A stretch of DNA of 64,000 nt, taken from NCBI GenBank assembly GCA_963748015.1, contig CAVVHE010000009.1, forward strand, positions 64,001 through 128,000. Direction: 5' to 3'. Positions 9,609 to 19,357 of the stretch are shown here, piece after piece. The notes below the pieces were generated by a model. It made no database searches. It was not told the origin of the DNA and was given only the letters and a program-made list of their open reading frames with translations. Source of the stretch: Terriglobia bacterium (GTDB lineage: Bacteria; Acidobacteriota; Polarisedimenticolia; Polarisedimenticolales; JAIQFR01). Each line of letters begins with the position of its first letter. Position 1 is the stretch's first letter. The translations under genes and the position numbers were made by a program.

Positions 9609-9686
9609 AATTTACCGCGCAATCAATATTCCGTCAAGTCTCTTTATTGAATCACCGGTGAATTAAGGACAGGGCTGGGCTAGAAT
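9609..9686. promoter_or_regulatory. Divergent promoters with a putative operator palindrome
   Basis: Minus strand TTGACG (9637-9632), 17 bp, TAAATT (9614-9609). Plus strand TAGAAT 9681-9686, 7 nt before ATG 9694. Imperfect dyad TTGAATCACCGGTGAATTAA at 9647-9666. Confidence 0.55.
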
Positions 9687-9693
9687 CAGCGCG

Positions 9694-10563
9694 ATGAGCG
9701 AAGACGAAGGACGACGCCCTTTCAAGGAGCGCGAGGCGGATCGCATCCCGCTTCACGAACGAATCCGCAACCTCCGCCAGAAGCGGGGGCTGACCGGTTA
9801 CGAGCTGGCGCGCAAGGCGGGGATCTCCCCCTCGTACGTCTCCCTCATCGAGAACGGGCTCAAGGTCCCCGAGGAGGCGGTCGCGGCGGCGATCGCCGGC
9901 GCCCTCGGCGACGACCAGAGCCTCTACCTCGCCTGGGCGCGCACGTCGCGGCATGCCAACCTCGTGGAAACGCGCGATGCGCTCGACCGGGCGCTACTCA
10001 TCTCGCAGGACCAGGGCTTGAGGAAGCGCCTCGCGAGCGGCGAAGAGCTGGTCGGGGACGACGCGCGCCCTCGCGCCGGTTCGGTCGGGGAAGTCTCGCG
10101 CGCCCCGGCCGTCCGCGAGACGGCCGACGTCCACGACGAGAGGTGCCTGCCTCCGGTCATCCTGGTCCCGCTCCTTGCCGAGGGGACCGACCCGGATGCC
10201 GCCGGCCCGCAGCTCCTGGAGCCGCTCGGGATCGACGCCGCGGCGGTTCCGCCCGAGGACCGGCCGGGCCTGTTCGCGTATCGCGTGACCGCCCGCGGCG
10301 CGCGGCGGTTGCGCGGCCAGGTCGAGGCCGGCTCGCTCGTGGTGATCTCGCGGCGCTTCCGCCCGCCCGCTCCCGAGCGGATCCACGCCGTCCGCACTCG
10401 CGGCGAGGTGGTCTTGAGCCGCACGCTGTGGAAGGGAAGCTCTCTGCTGCTCCTGCCTTCCGAGGGAGACGGCGACTTCGAGGACGTCGAGGTGGGAGAC
10501 GCCTCGCGTCTTCGCGAGATCCTCGTGGGGAGCGTGGTGCTCTCGCTCAGGCGCTGGGACTAG
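9694..10563 (+). CDS. XRE HTH repressor with a degenerate S24 (LexA/CI-like) C-terminal domain
   Basis: RIRNLRQKRGLTGYELARKAGISPSYVSLIENG; C-terminal LFAYRV..GSLVVI..ILVGSVV resembles the S24 fold. Confidence 0.8.
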   Translation: MSEDEGRRPFKEREADRIPLHERIRNLRQKRGLTGYELARKAGISPSYVSLIENGLKVPEEAVAAAIAGALGDDQSLYLAWARTSRHANLVETRDALDRALLISQDQGLRKRLASGEELVGDDARPRAGSVGEVSRAPAVRETADVHDERCLPPVILVPLLAEGTDPDAAGPQLLEPLGIDAAAVPPEDRPGLFAYRVTARGARRLRGQVEAGSLVVISRRFRPPAPERIHAVRTRGEVVLSRTLWKGSSLLLLPSEGDGDFEDVEVGDASRLREILVGSVVLSLRRWD

Positions 10564-10632
10564 CTCGAAAACGGCCGGGGCCGCCCCGCATCGGCGGAGC
10601 GGCCCCGGCGATTCGATCGGGTCGCGAGGGGA

Positions 10633-11712
10633 CTATCGCATGGAGGCTTTCGCAAGCTCCTCGTCGATCATCGCCTTGAACTCCTCGACCGGCTTCGCGC
10701 CGACGATCATCCGGCCGTTCACGAAGAACGACGGGGTGCCGGTCACGCCGGCGGCCATCCCCTCGTCGAAGGAGGCCTTGATCGCCGCTTCCGGCTTCTT
10801 GCCGTCGTAGCAGGCGTTGAACTTGCCGGCGTCGAGCTTCACCGCGGTCGCGCGCTTCTTGAGGTCGTCGTCGCTCAGGTCCCCCTGCTCCTTCATCAGG
10901 TTCGCGTACATGTCCCAGTACTTCCCCTGCTCCGCGGCGCAGTGCGCGGCGATCGAGGCCGGCATCGCCCTGGGGTGGAACGAGAGCGGGTAGTCGCGGT
11001 ACACGAAGCGGATCTTGTCGCCGTAGAGGGCCAGGACCTGCTCGATCGTCGGCTCGGCCCGCTTGCAGAACGGGCACTGGAAGTCGGAGAACACGATCAT
11101 GGTCACGGGCGCCTTCTCGGGTCCCTTCACGCCGGGCCAGCCGGCCGGCACGCTCACGGCGACCCGCGGCGGCTCGAGCATCACCTTCAGATTGGCCTTG
11201 TCCTGCAGCTCCTTCACGAAGGCCGCCCTGCGCGTCTGGAGCTTCTGCTGGCGAAGCGCGTTCTCGATGTCGGGCGTGGCCTGCTCGAGCGTCTTGCCGC
11301 CGAGGCGGGCCTTGTTCTGCTCGTAGAACGTGTTGACCTCGACCTTGGTGATCTGGCCCGCCTTGTCGTCCACCTCGGCCTTGAGCAGGTCGGCGACCTG
11401 CACGGAGCGCGCGGCCGCCTCCTTCTCGAGGAGCTTCTGCTGGACGATCTGATCGAGGGCCGCCCGCTTGACCGTGTAGGTGTCCTGGGCGACCTGCCGG
11501 CGGAAGGACGCCTCTTGCTGGCGGAGCCTCTCCATGCCGGCCTCGGCCTGCTTGTTCACCTGATCCATCGAGATCTGCTCGCTGCCTAGATAGGCGGCCA
11601 CGCTGGAGCCCGCGGCCGGCGCGCTCGCGGCCTTGTCTTTCTCCTTGGCCACGACGGGGAACGCCGCCAGGACGAGCAGCAGCGCGAGGGTCGGGATGTT
11701 CCGCGACTTCAT
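10633..11712 (-). CDS. DsbA-family thioredoxin-fold protein with a SurA-like N-terminus
   Basis: Signal peptide; GPEKAPVTMIVFSDFQCPFC; GVTGTPSFFVNG. Confidence 0.9.
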   Translation of the reverse strand: MKSRNIPTLALLLVLAAFPVVAKEKDKAASAPAAGSSVAAYLGSEQISMDQVNKQAEAGMERLRQQEASFRRQVAQDTYTVKRAALDQIVQQKLLEKEAAARSVQVADLLKAEVDDKAGQITKVEVNTFYEQNKARLGGKTLEQATPDIENALRQQKLQTRRAAFVKELQDKANLKVMLEPPRVAVSVPAGWPGVKGPEKAPVTMIVFSDFQCPFCKRAEPTIEQVLALYGDKIRFVYRDYPLSFHPRAMPASIAAHCAAEQGKYWDMYANLMKEQGDLSDDDLKKRATAVKLDAGKFNACYDGKKPEAAIKASFDEGMAAGVTGTPSFFVNGRMIVGAKPVEEFKAMIDEELAKASMR

Positions 11713-11848
11713 GGATCGAGCCTCCGTGCGCCCCACGAGGGAGCGCTTGCCATACACGGCGCCCCGGGGGAATCCGAGGCTGCAAAACCTCAAAACTATA
11801 CACGGCGGCCCCGGGACCGTCCACCGACCGGGGCGCGGGTCCGATATC

Positions 11849-13192
11849 ATGGAAGCCGTGAGAGAGACGGTCGCGGTGGTTGGAGGCGGCCTCGCCGGAA
11901 GCGAGGCGGCGTGGCAGCTCGCCCGGCGGGGGGTGGCGGTGCGACTCCACGAGATGCGCCCCGAGCGCCCCACTCCCGTCCATCGAACCGGCGACCTCGC
12001 GGAGCTCGTCTGCTCCAACTCGTTGAAATCGTTGGAGCTCTCCACACCCCACGGCGTGCTCAAGAGGGAGATGGAGATCCTGGGCTCCCTGATCCTCCGC
12101 TGCGCCGCGGCGACGCGGGTCCCGGCCGGGGGCGCGCTCGCGGTGGACCGCGACGCGTTCTCGCGGGAGGTGACCCGCGCGATCGCGGAGGAGCCTCTCG
12201 TCACCGTGGTCCGCGAGGAGGTCCGTGAGCTCCCGTCGCCCGGGATCGTGGTCCTCGCCGCCGGCCCGATGGTCTCGGACGCCCTCGCGGCGGCGATCGC
12301 CCGCTTCACCGGGGAATCGCACCTGCACTTCTTCGACGCGATCGCCCCCGTGATCGACGCGGCGTCCCTCGACCGCTCGATCGTGTTCGCGGCGTCGCGC
12401 TACGGCAAGGGTGGGGGCGAGGACTACCTCAACTGCCCGATGACGGACGAGGAGTACGAGAGCTTCCTGGCGCTGCTCCTCGCCGGAGAGAAGGCGCCGC
12501 TCCACGAGGTGGACCGAACGCCGTACTTCGAGGGGTGCCTCCCGATCGAGGAGATGGCGCGGCGGGGAAGGGACACGATGCGGTTCGGCCCGATGAAGCC
12601 GGTCGGGCTCACGGACCCGAGGACCGGCCGGCGCCCTCACGCCGTGGTCCAGCTCCGGCAGGACGATCTCGCCGCGGAGCACTACTCCATGGTCGGCTTC
12701 CAGACGCAGCTCCGCTGGAAAGAACAGGAGAGGATCTTCCGCGCGATCCCCGGGCTCGCCGGCGCGGAATTCGTCCGGCTCGGCCAGGTCCACCGCAACA
12801 CCTACGTCAACGCGCCGAAGGTCCTCGAGCCGACGCTCGAGTCGCGCGCGCGGGAAGGGCTCTTCTTCGCGGGCCAGCTCTCCGGGGTCGAGGGGTACAC
12901 CGAGTCGGCGGCCACGGGGCTCCTCGCCGGGATCAACGCCGCGCGGCGGGCGAAGGGGTCGGTCCCCGTGGCTCTCCCGCGCGAGTCCATCCTCGGCGCC
13001 CTGTGCCGGTACATCTCGGCGGCGAACCCGGACGGCTACCAGCCGACCAACGTGACCTTCGGCCTCCTCCCCGAGCCCCCCGCCCACGTGCGAAAGAAGA
13101 AGGACCGGCGGGAGGCGCGGGGCGCGGCGGCGGTGCGCGCGGCCGAGGCGTGGGCCGCGGAGCAGGTTGCCGGCGAGGAGGGGGCCGCGTGA
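11849..13192 (+). CDS. trmFO: Folate/FAD-dependent tRNA m5U54 methyltransferase
   Basis: VVGGGLAGSEAAWQLA, ELVCSNS, FEGCLPIE, GQVHRNTY, FAGQLSGVEGYTES. Confidence 0.96.
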   Translation: MEAVRETVAVVGGGLAGSEAAWQLARRGVAVRLHEMRPERPTPVHRTGDLAELVCSNSLKSLELSTPHGVLKREMEILGSLILRCAAATRVPAGGALAVDRDAFSREVTRAIAEEPLVTVVREEVRELPSPGIVVLAAGPMVSDALAAAIARFTGESHLHFFDAIAPVIDAASLDRSIVFAASRYGKGGGEDYLNCPMTDEEYESFLALLLAGEKAPLHEVDRTPYFEGCLPIEEMARRGRDTMRFGPMKPVGLTDPRTGRRPHAVVQLRQDDLAAEHYSMVGFQTQLRWKEQERIFRAIPGLAGAEFVRLGQVHRNTYVNAPKVLEPTLESRAREGLFFAGQLSGVEGYTESAATGLLAGINAARRAKGSVPVALPRESILGALCRYISAANPDGYQPTNVTFGLLPEPPAHVRKKKDRREARGAAAVRAAEAWAAEQVAGEEGAA

Positions 13193-14127
13193 CGAAGCGG
13201 GCGTCGCCGTACTTCGAGGCCGTGGACCGGTTCCTCGCGTACCTGCGCGACCAGCGCCGCGCCTCCCCCCAAACACTGCGCGCCTACGAGAGCGACCTCG
13301 CGCAGTTCGGCGCGTTCCTGTCCGAGGAGCATTCGGGTGGGCCGGCGCCCGGTCCCGCGGGGATCGACGCGCTCGCGGTCCGCGGGTTCGTCGCGCGGCT
13401 GCACCGCTCGGGGCTCGGCCGCTCGTCCGTGGCGCGGAAGCTCTCCGCGGTCCGCTCCTTCATGGAGAACGCGGTGCGCGAGGGGCGCATCGACTCGAGC
13501 CCCGCCAAGACCGTGCCGACGCCCAAGGTCCCGAAGCGGCTCCCCCGCAACCTGACGGTGGACGAGGTCTTCGCCCTCCTCGACGGCATCGAGGGGTCGG
13601 ACGAGGCGGGGATCCGCGACCGGGCGATCCTGGAGTTCCTCTACGCCACCGGGCTCCGCGTCGGCGAGCTGGTGTCGCTCGATCTCGAGGACCTCGACCT
13701 GGCGGGCGAGACCGTGCGGGTCCTCGGCAAGGGAAACAAGGAACGGATCGTCCCGTTCGGCAGCAAGGCGAAGAGCGCGCTCCTGCGGTGGATCGAAACG
13801 TCCCGCCCGCTCCGCGAGACCGGCGATGCCGGCGCCGTGTTCCTGAACCCGAGGGGCGGGCGCCTCACCGACCGGAGCGTGAGGCGGATCCTCGACCGGC
13901 GCCTGCGCGAGGCGTCGGTCCGAGCGCACGTGTCCCCGCACGCCCTGCGGCACTCGTTCGCGACCCACCTCCTCGGCGCCGGCGCGGACCTTCGCGCGAT
14001 CCAGGAGCTCCTCGGCCACGCCTCGCTCTCCACCACCCAGCGCTACACCCACGTCAGCATGGACGCCCTGATGAAGGTCTACGACGCGGCCCACCCGCGC
14101 GCGCATCGCAAGCCGGCGGTTCGCTGA
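13189..14127 (+). CDS. xerC: Tyrosine recombinase XerC
   Basis: GTG overlapping the trmFO stop; RDRAILEFLYATGLRVGEL, SPHALRHSFATHLL, LGHASLSTTQRY; trmFO-xerC synteny. Confidence 0.9.
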   Translation: MTKRASPYFEAVDRFLAYLRDQRRASPQTLRAYESDLAQFGAFLSEEHSGGPAPGPAGIDALAVRGFVARLHRSGLGRSSVARKLSAVRSFMENAVREGRIDSSPAKTVPTPKVPKRLPRNLTVDEVFALLDGIEGSDEAGIRDRAILEFLYATGLRVGELVSLDLEDLDLAGETVRVLGKGNKERIVPFGSKAKSALLRWIETSRPLRETGDAGAVFLNPRGGRLTDRSVRRILDRRLREASVRAHVSPHALRHSFATHLLGAGADLRAIQELLGHASLSTTQRYTHVSMDALMKVYDAAHPRAHRKPAVR

Positions 14128-14150
14128 CCTTCGGGACCGGGAGCTACCGC

Positions 14151-14972
14151 ATGGAAGATACTTCCGCCGCACTCCTCGAGCTCGAGCGGACCGCCGTCGG
14201 GGCGGCGCTCGCCGCGGGCGAGGTCCTGCGCCGCCGGTTCCGGGAGAAGGCGCGGCTCCGCGTCGAGACGAAGGGGCTGCACGATTTCGTCACCGAGGTG
14301 GACCGCGAGGCGGAGGCGGCCGCGGTGGGGTACATCCGCTCGCGCTACCCCGGCCACGGCATCCTCGCCGAGGAAGGAACGGCGGCGCCGGCGGGGGACG
14401 GCTACCGCTGGATCCTGGATCCGCTCGACGGCACGACCAACTTCATCCACGGCGTGCCGACCTTCTGCGTCTCGGTCGCCGTGGAGGACGGCGAGGGGCT
14501 CGCGGCCGGCGCGATCCACGACCCCTTCCACGACGAGACGTTCGAGGCGCGCCGCGGCGGCGGGGCCCGGCTCGGAGGGAGCCCGATCGCGTGCGCGTCC
14601 CCCGCGACCATGGACGACGCGCTCGTCGCGACCGGCTTCCCGTTTCGCGAGCTCAAGCGCTTCGATCGCTACGTCGCGTCCTTCGAGGGGTTCGTGCGCG
14701 CGACCGCGGGGATAAGGCGCGCGGGCTCGGCGGCGCTCGACCTCGCCTTCGTCGCCTGCGGCCGGTACGACGGGTTCTGGGAGATCGGACTGTCGCCGTG
14801 GGACGTCGCCGCCGGGGCGCTCCTGGTCCGGGAGGCCGGGGGGATCGTGACGGACGTGCTGGGAGGTCCCGGCTTCATCGAGCGCGGCGACGTTCTCGCC
14901 GCGGGCGGCGGACTCCACACCCAGATGCTCCGCATCACGAGAGCGGCGTTCGGAGAGGGAGGCAGCCGCTGA
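14151..14972 (+). CDS. suhB: Inositol monophosphatase family protein
   Basis: DFVTEVD, WILDPLDGTTNF, GSAALDLAFVACG, LSPWDVAAG. Confidence 0.9.
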   Translation: MEDTSAALLELERTAVGAALAAGEVLRRRFREKARLRVETKGLHDFVTEVDREAEAAAVGYIRSRYPGHGILAEEGTAAPAGDGYRWILDPLDGTTNFIHGVPTFCVSVAVEDGEGLAAGAIHDPFHDETFEARRGGGARLGGSPIACASPATMDDALVATGFPFRELKRFDRYVASFEGFVRATAGIRRAGSAALDLAFVACGRYDGFWEIGLSPWDVAAGALLVREAGGIVTDVLGGPGFIERGDVLAAGGGLHTQMLRITRAAFGEGGSR

Positions 14973-15023
14973 TTCGCCCCTCGAGGGAAACGGGGTGGAG
15001 AGGATTCCTTCGGACCGGGGACG

Positions 15024-15428
15024 CTAGGCCAGCGGCTCCGGCGGGACTGTCCCCTGCTTCTCTTCTTCCTGCTTGTACAGGTACTTGATCGAGTGCTTGA
15101 ACAGGAGGAGATTCGGGCTTCCCTCGCGGTTGACCTTGATGCAGGCGCGGTCGTACCACTCGATGTGGCCGCGGATCTGCTCGCCGTTGTCGAGCACGAC
15201 CACCATCGGGGTCTTGCTGTTCATCTGCTTCAGGTAGTAGAACGCCTCGGCGCTGGTCTGCTCGGGAGGAACGGGCCGGCGACGAGGAGGCGGAGCGCCG
15301 CCGCCCTGCGCGGGAGCCTCCCGTCCCGCGCCTGGCTGCCCGCCGGGCGCGCCCGCCGGCACGCGGTTGGGCGCGAACTTCTCCTTGATCTCGGCCAGGT
15401 TCGGCCTGACCAGCTTCCGGTTGATCAT
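15024..15428 (-). CDS. hfq: Hfq-like (Sm-fold) RNA chaperone with an N-terminal extension
   Basis: VVVLDNGEQIRGHIEWYD..LLLFKHSIKY Sm1/Sm2 pattern. Confidence 0.75.
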   Translation of the reverse strand: MINRKLVRPNLAEIKEKFAPNRVPAGAPGGQPGAGREAPAQGGGAPPPRRRPVPPEQTSAEAFYYLKQMNSKTPMVVVLDNGEQIRGHIEWYDRACIKVNREGSPNLLLFKHSIKYLYKQEEEKQGTVPPEPLA

Positions 15429-15695
15429 CTCGATCCTCCTGGGATCAGACCCACGACCGGCGGCGCTGCCGGAGCCGGCGGAAGCACTTGCGCCGGCATC
15501 TTCCGAGTCCCGATGCCGCCCGCAGTCGGTCGGCCCTAGGCCGATCGTCCAGCGAGCTGTGGTATCCGGTTTGGCGCTGGTTCGAGTGCGGGGCGCGTGC
15601 CCCGCCTACCGTCAAAACTCTCGCTATAAGAAATAGCACTACGAGGAGGGGTGTGCAACCCGAAATTGGGAGAATTCCAACGGTGGACGGAAAGC

Positions 15696-16703
15696 TCAGG
15701 AGTCGAAGGCCCCGGGCGGGATCCGGCTCTGGTACTTCGGCGAGACCCAGATATCGGCTTCCTTGCGGGCCCTCTTCAGGAAGTCGTTGTAGGCCTGCTC
15801 GAATTTCTCCCGGTAGATCAGCTGCTTCAGCTCGGGGCGCAGCTCCTCGAGGGGGCGGGTCCTCTCCTCGACCCGGGTCTCCACCTTGACGAGGTGGAAC
15901 CCGTACGGCATCTCCAGGACCTGGCTGACCTCCCCCGGCGGGATGCTGAAAACCACCGCCTCGAGCAGGGTGGCTAGCTCTCCCTTCTTGACGTCCGAGA
16001 TCAGCCCGCCCGAACCTCGCGTCCCGGCGTCGGAAACCTCCCTCGCGATGGCCTCGAAGTCCGCCCCGGGGGTCGCCGCGCGCGCGCGGACCTTCTCGGC
16101 TTCGGCCCGCCGCTCTGGCTTCTTGTCCGCGTCGGCCAGGAGGACGATCTCCCGCAGCGTGGCGACGGCCGGGATCAGCCCCACCTCGGGATGAGCGGCG
16201 TAGTAGGCGTCGACTTCCTTGTCGCTGACCGCCACTCGGTCCTTCACCTCGTACCCCAGCACCTGCTCCGGCGCCGTCCACTCGACCAGCTTCTTCTTGA
16301 GGTCCGCGATGGTCATGTGCTCCTGGTCGAGCATCTTCTTGAGGTCCTCGTCGCTCTTGATCTTCCGGTCCTCGCGGAACTGGGACAGGAGGTTGTCCCC
16401 CATCTTGTCCATGTCGAACAGGCGCGAGGCGCGGTGCAGGAGGATCTTCCGGTCGATGAGGGAGAGCAGGAGGCTCGCCTTCGCGTTCTTGACCTTCTCG
16501 TCCAGGTCCTTCCCGGTGAAGGAGCGGTACAGGTCGGCGAGCAGGTCGGACTCGGCCTCCTGCAGATCGGCCCGGGTGATGATGTCGTCGTTGATCTTCG
16601 CGACGATCTCCTCGACCACCTCGCCGCGCGCGGGCGGAGACGCGGCGATCCCCGCAAGAACGGCGAGGACGATCGCGGCGCCGATACCGATCCGTGCTTT
16701 CAT
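15696..16703 (-). CDS. SurA-like parvulin peptidyl-prolyl isomerase
   Basis: Signal peptide; EEIVAKINDDIIT; DFEAIAREVSD..GG..PGEVSQVLEMPYGFHLVKV; GGAGG RBS before ATG 16703. Confidence 0.9.
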   Translation of the reverse strand: MKARIGIGAAIVLAVLAGIAASPPARGEVVEEIVAKINDDIITRADLQEAESDLLADLYRSFTGKDLDEKVKNAKASLLLSLIDRKILLHRASRLFDMDKMGDNLLSQFREDRKIKSDEDLKKMLDQEHMTIADLKKKLVEWTAPEQVLGYEVKDRVAVSDKEVDAYYAAHPEVGLIPAVATLREIVLLADADKKPERRAEAEKVRARAATPGADFEAIAREVSDAGTRGSGGLISDVKKGELATLLEAVVFSIPPGEVSQVLEMPYGFHLVKVETRVEERTRPLEELRPELKQLIYREKFEQAYNDFLKRARKEADIWVSPKYQSRIPPGAFDS

Positions 16704-16730
16704 CCGATCCACCTCCGATCCCCCCGGCTC

Positions 16731-17744
16731 TCAGTCTCGCCCTTGGGCGTCCGGAGCGCCAGCGCCGCCGCCGGGCCTCCCGTCGTCCGGAACGTAGCGG
16801 AACGGGAGGTTCTCCTCGTGGAGCTCGATCCGTGCCGCGCGCTTCAGCTTCTCCAGGAGACGCGACGACGCTTCCTCGACCCGCTCCCGCAGGAGCGCGT
16901 CCGCGGCGCGCGCCCGGAGCGACTCCTCGGTGTCGGGGCGGTCGGACGGCCCTGCCTGGTAGTAGAAGAGGTAGGACGCGCCCTCCAGGACGACGGGAGG
17001 GCTCACCTGGCCGGGCCGCATCTTCGACAAGACCGCGCGGACCTCGTCCGGCAAGCCGTCGAGGGAGACCTCCTGAAGCTGACCCGCGTCGGGCCCGAGG
17101 TCCTCGCCCTTTGCGGCGGCCTCGTCGAGCTTTCGCTTCATCCCGGCGATCTTCTTGCGCATCCTCTCGGCATCGGCGGGCGATGCGAGGGTGAACGACC
17201 GGAGAACGACCACCGGCGGGGAGCGCAACTCGTCGCGGTGCCGCGCGAGGTACGCGTCCACGTCGGGCGGCGCCACCTTCGCTCCCTCGAGCGCGCTTGC
17301 CTCCCGCAGCTTCTGGATCATGAGGTCCCGGAGCGCCATCTTGCCGTGCTCTTCGACCCCCGCCGGTTGTCCGGAGGCCCCTTCGGGGCCGTGGTCGAGG
17401 TAGGAGCCGAGCTCCTCCGGCGTCACCGTCACTCCCCGGCGGCGCGCCTCGGCCAGGAGCACCTCCTCGTCGATGAAATTCTCGAAGAGGCGGCTCTTGA
17501 CCTGGTCCAGCTCCTCGGCGGAGATCGGCTCGCCGCCGCTCTCGTCCCCGAGGTTGTCCCGCAGGTACTCGTCGAGATCGCCGGCCGTGAGGATCTTCCC
17601 GTCGATCTTCGCCACGGGCTTCCTCATCGGGTCGATCGTCGGCGGGGTGGCGCAGCCGGGGAGCGCCGCGAGCGCCACGGCGAGGAGCGGCGCGAGATAG
17701 AGGCCGGGCGCCCCCGGCGGCTTCGCGCGCTTCGTGTTCGTCAC
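16731..17744 (-). CDS. SurA/PpiC-like chaperone lipoprotein (divergent)
   Basis: Lipobox LPGC; VAKIDGKILT; IDEEVLLAEARRRGVTVT; MRPGQVSPPV. Confidence 0.8.
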   Translation of the reverse strand: MTNTKRAKPPGAPGLYLAPLLAVALAALPGCATPPTIDPMRKPVAKIDGKILTAGDLDEYLRDNLGDESGGEPISAEELDQVKSRLFENFIDEEVLLAEARRRGVTVTPEELGSYLDHGPEGASGQPAGVEEHGKMALRDLMIQKLREASALEGAKVAPPDVDAYLARHRDELRSPPVVVLRSFTLASPADAERMRKKIAGMKRKLDEAAAKGEDLGPDAGQLQEVSLDGLPDEVRAVLSKMRPGQVSPPVVLEGASYLFYYQAGPSDRPDTEESLRARAADALLRERVEEASSRLLEKLKRAARIELHEENLPFRYVPDDGRPGGGAGAPDAQGRD

Positions 17745-17910
17745 CGTGTCTCTCTCCGGGAATGTCGCCAGCGGAGTATAGACCGCGGGAAGCCGGCGCT
17801 TCCAGGGCTAGTCACCATGGAACGACCGGCTCCGATTCGCAGTTGACGTAGGTTACGCTGCGAATCGGTGAAGAACCGTAGCGCAGAGCTACATGCGAAA
17901 GGAGCCGGTC

Positions 17911-19053
17911 ATGGGGAAGGATAGCCGATTCGTGGGCCTGGACGTACATGCGGACTCGATCGCGGTGGCGGTTGCGGAGCCTGGCGGCGAGGTTCGGTCG
18001 TTGGGGATCATTGGCAACAAGCCGGAGTCGGTGAGAAAGCTGATGAAGAGGTTGGGTTCGGCTAGGGGTCTCAAGGTCTGCTACGAGGCGGGGCCGACGG
18101 GATACGTCCTGTACTGGCAGTTGACCGAGATGGGGATTCACTGCGACGTGGTGGCGCCGACGTTGATACCGGTGAAGCCCGGTGACCGGGTCAAGACGGA
18201 TCGTCGCGACGCAACGAAGCTGGCGAAGAGCTACCGGGCCGGAGAGCTGACGCCGGTTTGGGTGCCGGATGCGGCGCACGAAGCTCTGCGGGATCTGGTG
18301 CGCGCTCGGGAGGCCGCGAAGGGGGATCAGCTTCGGGCGCGGCACCGACTTCAGAAGTTCTTGCTTCGGCATGGGCGCCGAGCTCCCGCGAAGGTGAAGC
18401 CGTGGACGGAGACCCATCTCGCGTGGGTGAGGCAGGCCGTTGGGTTCGAGGCCCCGGCTCAGCAGGCGGTGCTGACGGACTACTTGGCGGAAGTGGACCA
18501 CGCACGGGAGCGAGTCAAGCGGCTCGAGGGGTCGATCGACGAAGCGATCGAAGCCGCGCCTGAGGGAATACGGGCCGTGATCGATGCCCTCCAAGCCCTT
18601 CGTGGCATCGCCAAGGTGAGCAGCGTCACGATCGTCGCCGAGGTCGGCCAGCTTTCCCGCTTCTCTCGCCCGCGGCAGCTGATGGGGTACAGCGGAGCGG
18701 TGTCCAGTGAAGACTCCTCCGGAGGGCGGACCCGGCGAGGTGCGATCACCAAGACGGGCAATGCCCATCTGCGCCGGATCGTCGTGGAAGCGGCCTGGGC
18801 CTACCGGCACCGCCCTGCCGTCGGTGGGGCGCTCCGCGTGCGTCAAGAGGGGTTGAGCGAGGACGTGAAAGAGATCGCCTGGAAAGCCCAGCATCGCCTT
18901 CACCAACGCTACCGACGGTTGGCCGCCAAGGGGAAGGTCAAGCAGCAGGTGGTCACCGCGGTGGCCCGGGAGCTGTTGGGGTTCATTTGGGCCATCGGCG
19001 TGCACGTCGAGAGACAGATGCCGGCGGTGGGCCGCAAGCGCCAAGCTGCATGA
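17911..19053 (+). CDS. IS110-family DEDD recombinase/transposase
   Basis: FVGLDVH, CYEAG, KTDRRDA, SSGG, ITKTGNAHLR. Confidence 0.97.
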   Translation: MGKDSRFVGLDVHADSIAVAVAEPGGEVRSLGIIGNKPESVRKLMKRLGSARGLKVCYEAGPTGYVLYWQLTEMGIHCDVVAPTLIPVKPGDRVKTDRRDATKLAKSYRAGELTPVWVPDAAHEALRDLVRAREAAKGDQLRARHRLQKFLLRHGRRAPAKVKPWTETHLAWVRQAVGFEAPAQQAVLTDYLAEVDHARERVKRLEGSIDEAIEAAPEGIRAVIDALQALRGIAKVSSVTIVAEVGQLSRFSRPRQLMGYSGAVSSEDSSGGRTRRGAITKTGNAHLRRIVVEAAWAYRHRPAVGGALRVRQEGLSEDVKEIAWKAQHRLHQRYRRLAAKGKVKQQVVTAVARELLGFIWAIGVHVERQMPAVGRKRQAA

Positions 19054-19093
19054 AAACGATCAGGTAGGGAAGGGATGAATCCGGGACGGAGCC

Positions 19094-19283
19094 GGCGGCG
19101 GTCGAGGGGCACACGGGAAGGAGGATCCTCGTGGCTCCTATGCGACAGGCCCTCGCTGGCCGGATCCGCGATGCTAGTCCGAGGCAGCTCCCGACGGATC
19201 ACGATTATGACGGCGCGCCCTTGGGGGCCGATCCGCGAATATCAGAGTGATCAACCGTCGAGTCAGCCGCCTCGACCGCCGCC
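19094..19283 (+). ncRNA. Predicted bridge/seek RNA of the IS110 element
   Basis: 14-bp closing stem (19094-19107 with 19270-19283) enclosing two similar loops, each with GATCCGCGA. Guides GGCTCCTA and GCTAG match the target; ATATCAG matches the donor junction. Confidence 0.75.
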
Positions 19284-19357
19284 TGTTCCGCCCCGGCGAG
19301 GAACCGAACGGAGGTGTCTCGGGTCGGAAGCTCGAGGTTGACAGGTCGTTCCATATC

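Noticed and set aside
13189..14127. Tyrosine recombinase as a prophage or island integrase
   Set aside because: Its size, motifs and coupling to trmFO fit housekeeping XerC, and there are no phage genes or att repeats nearby.
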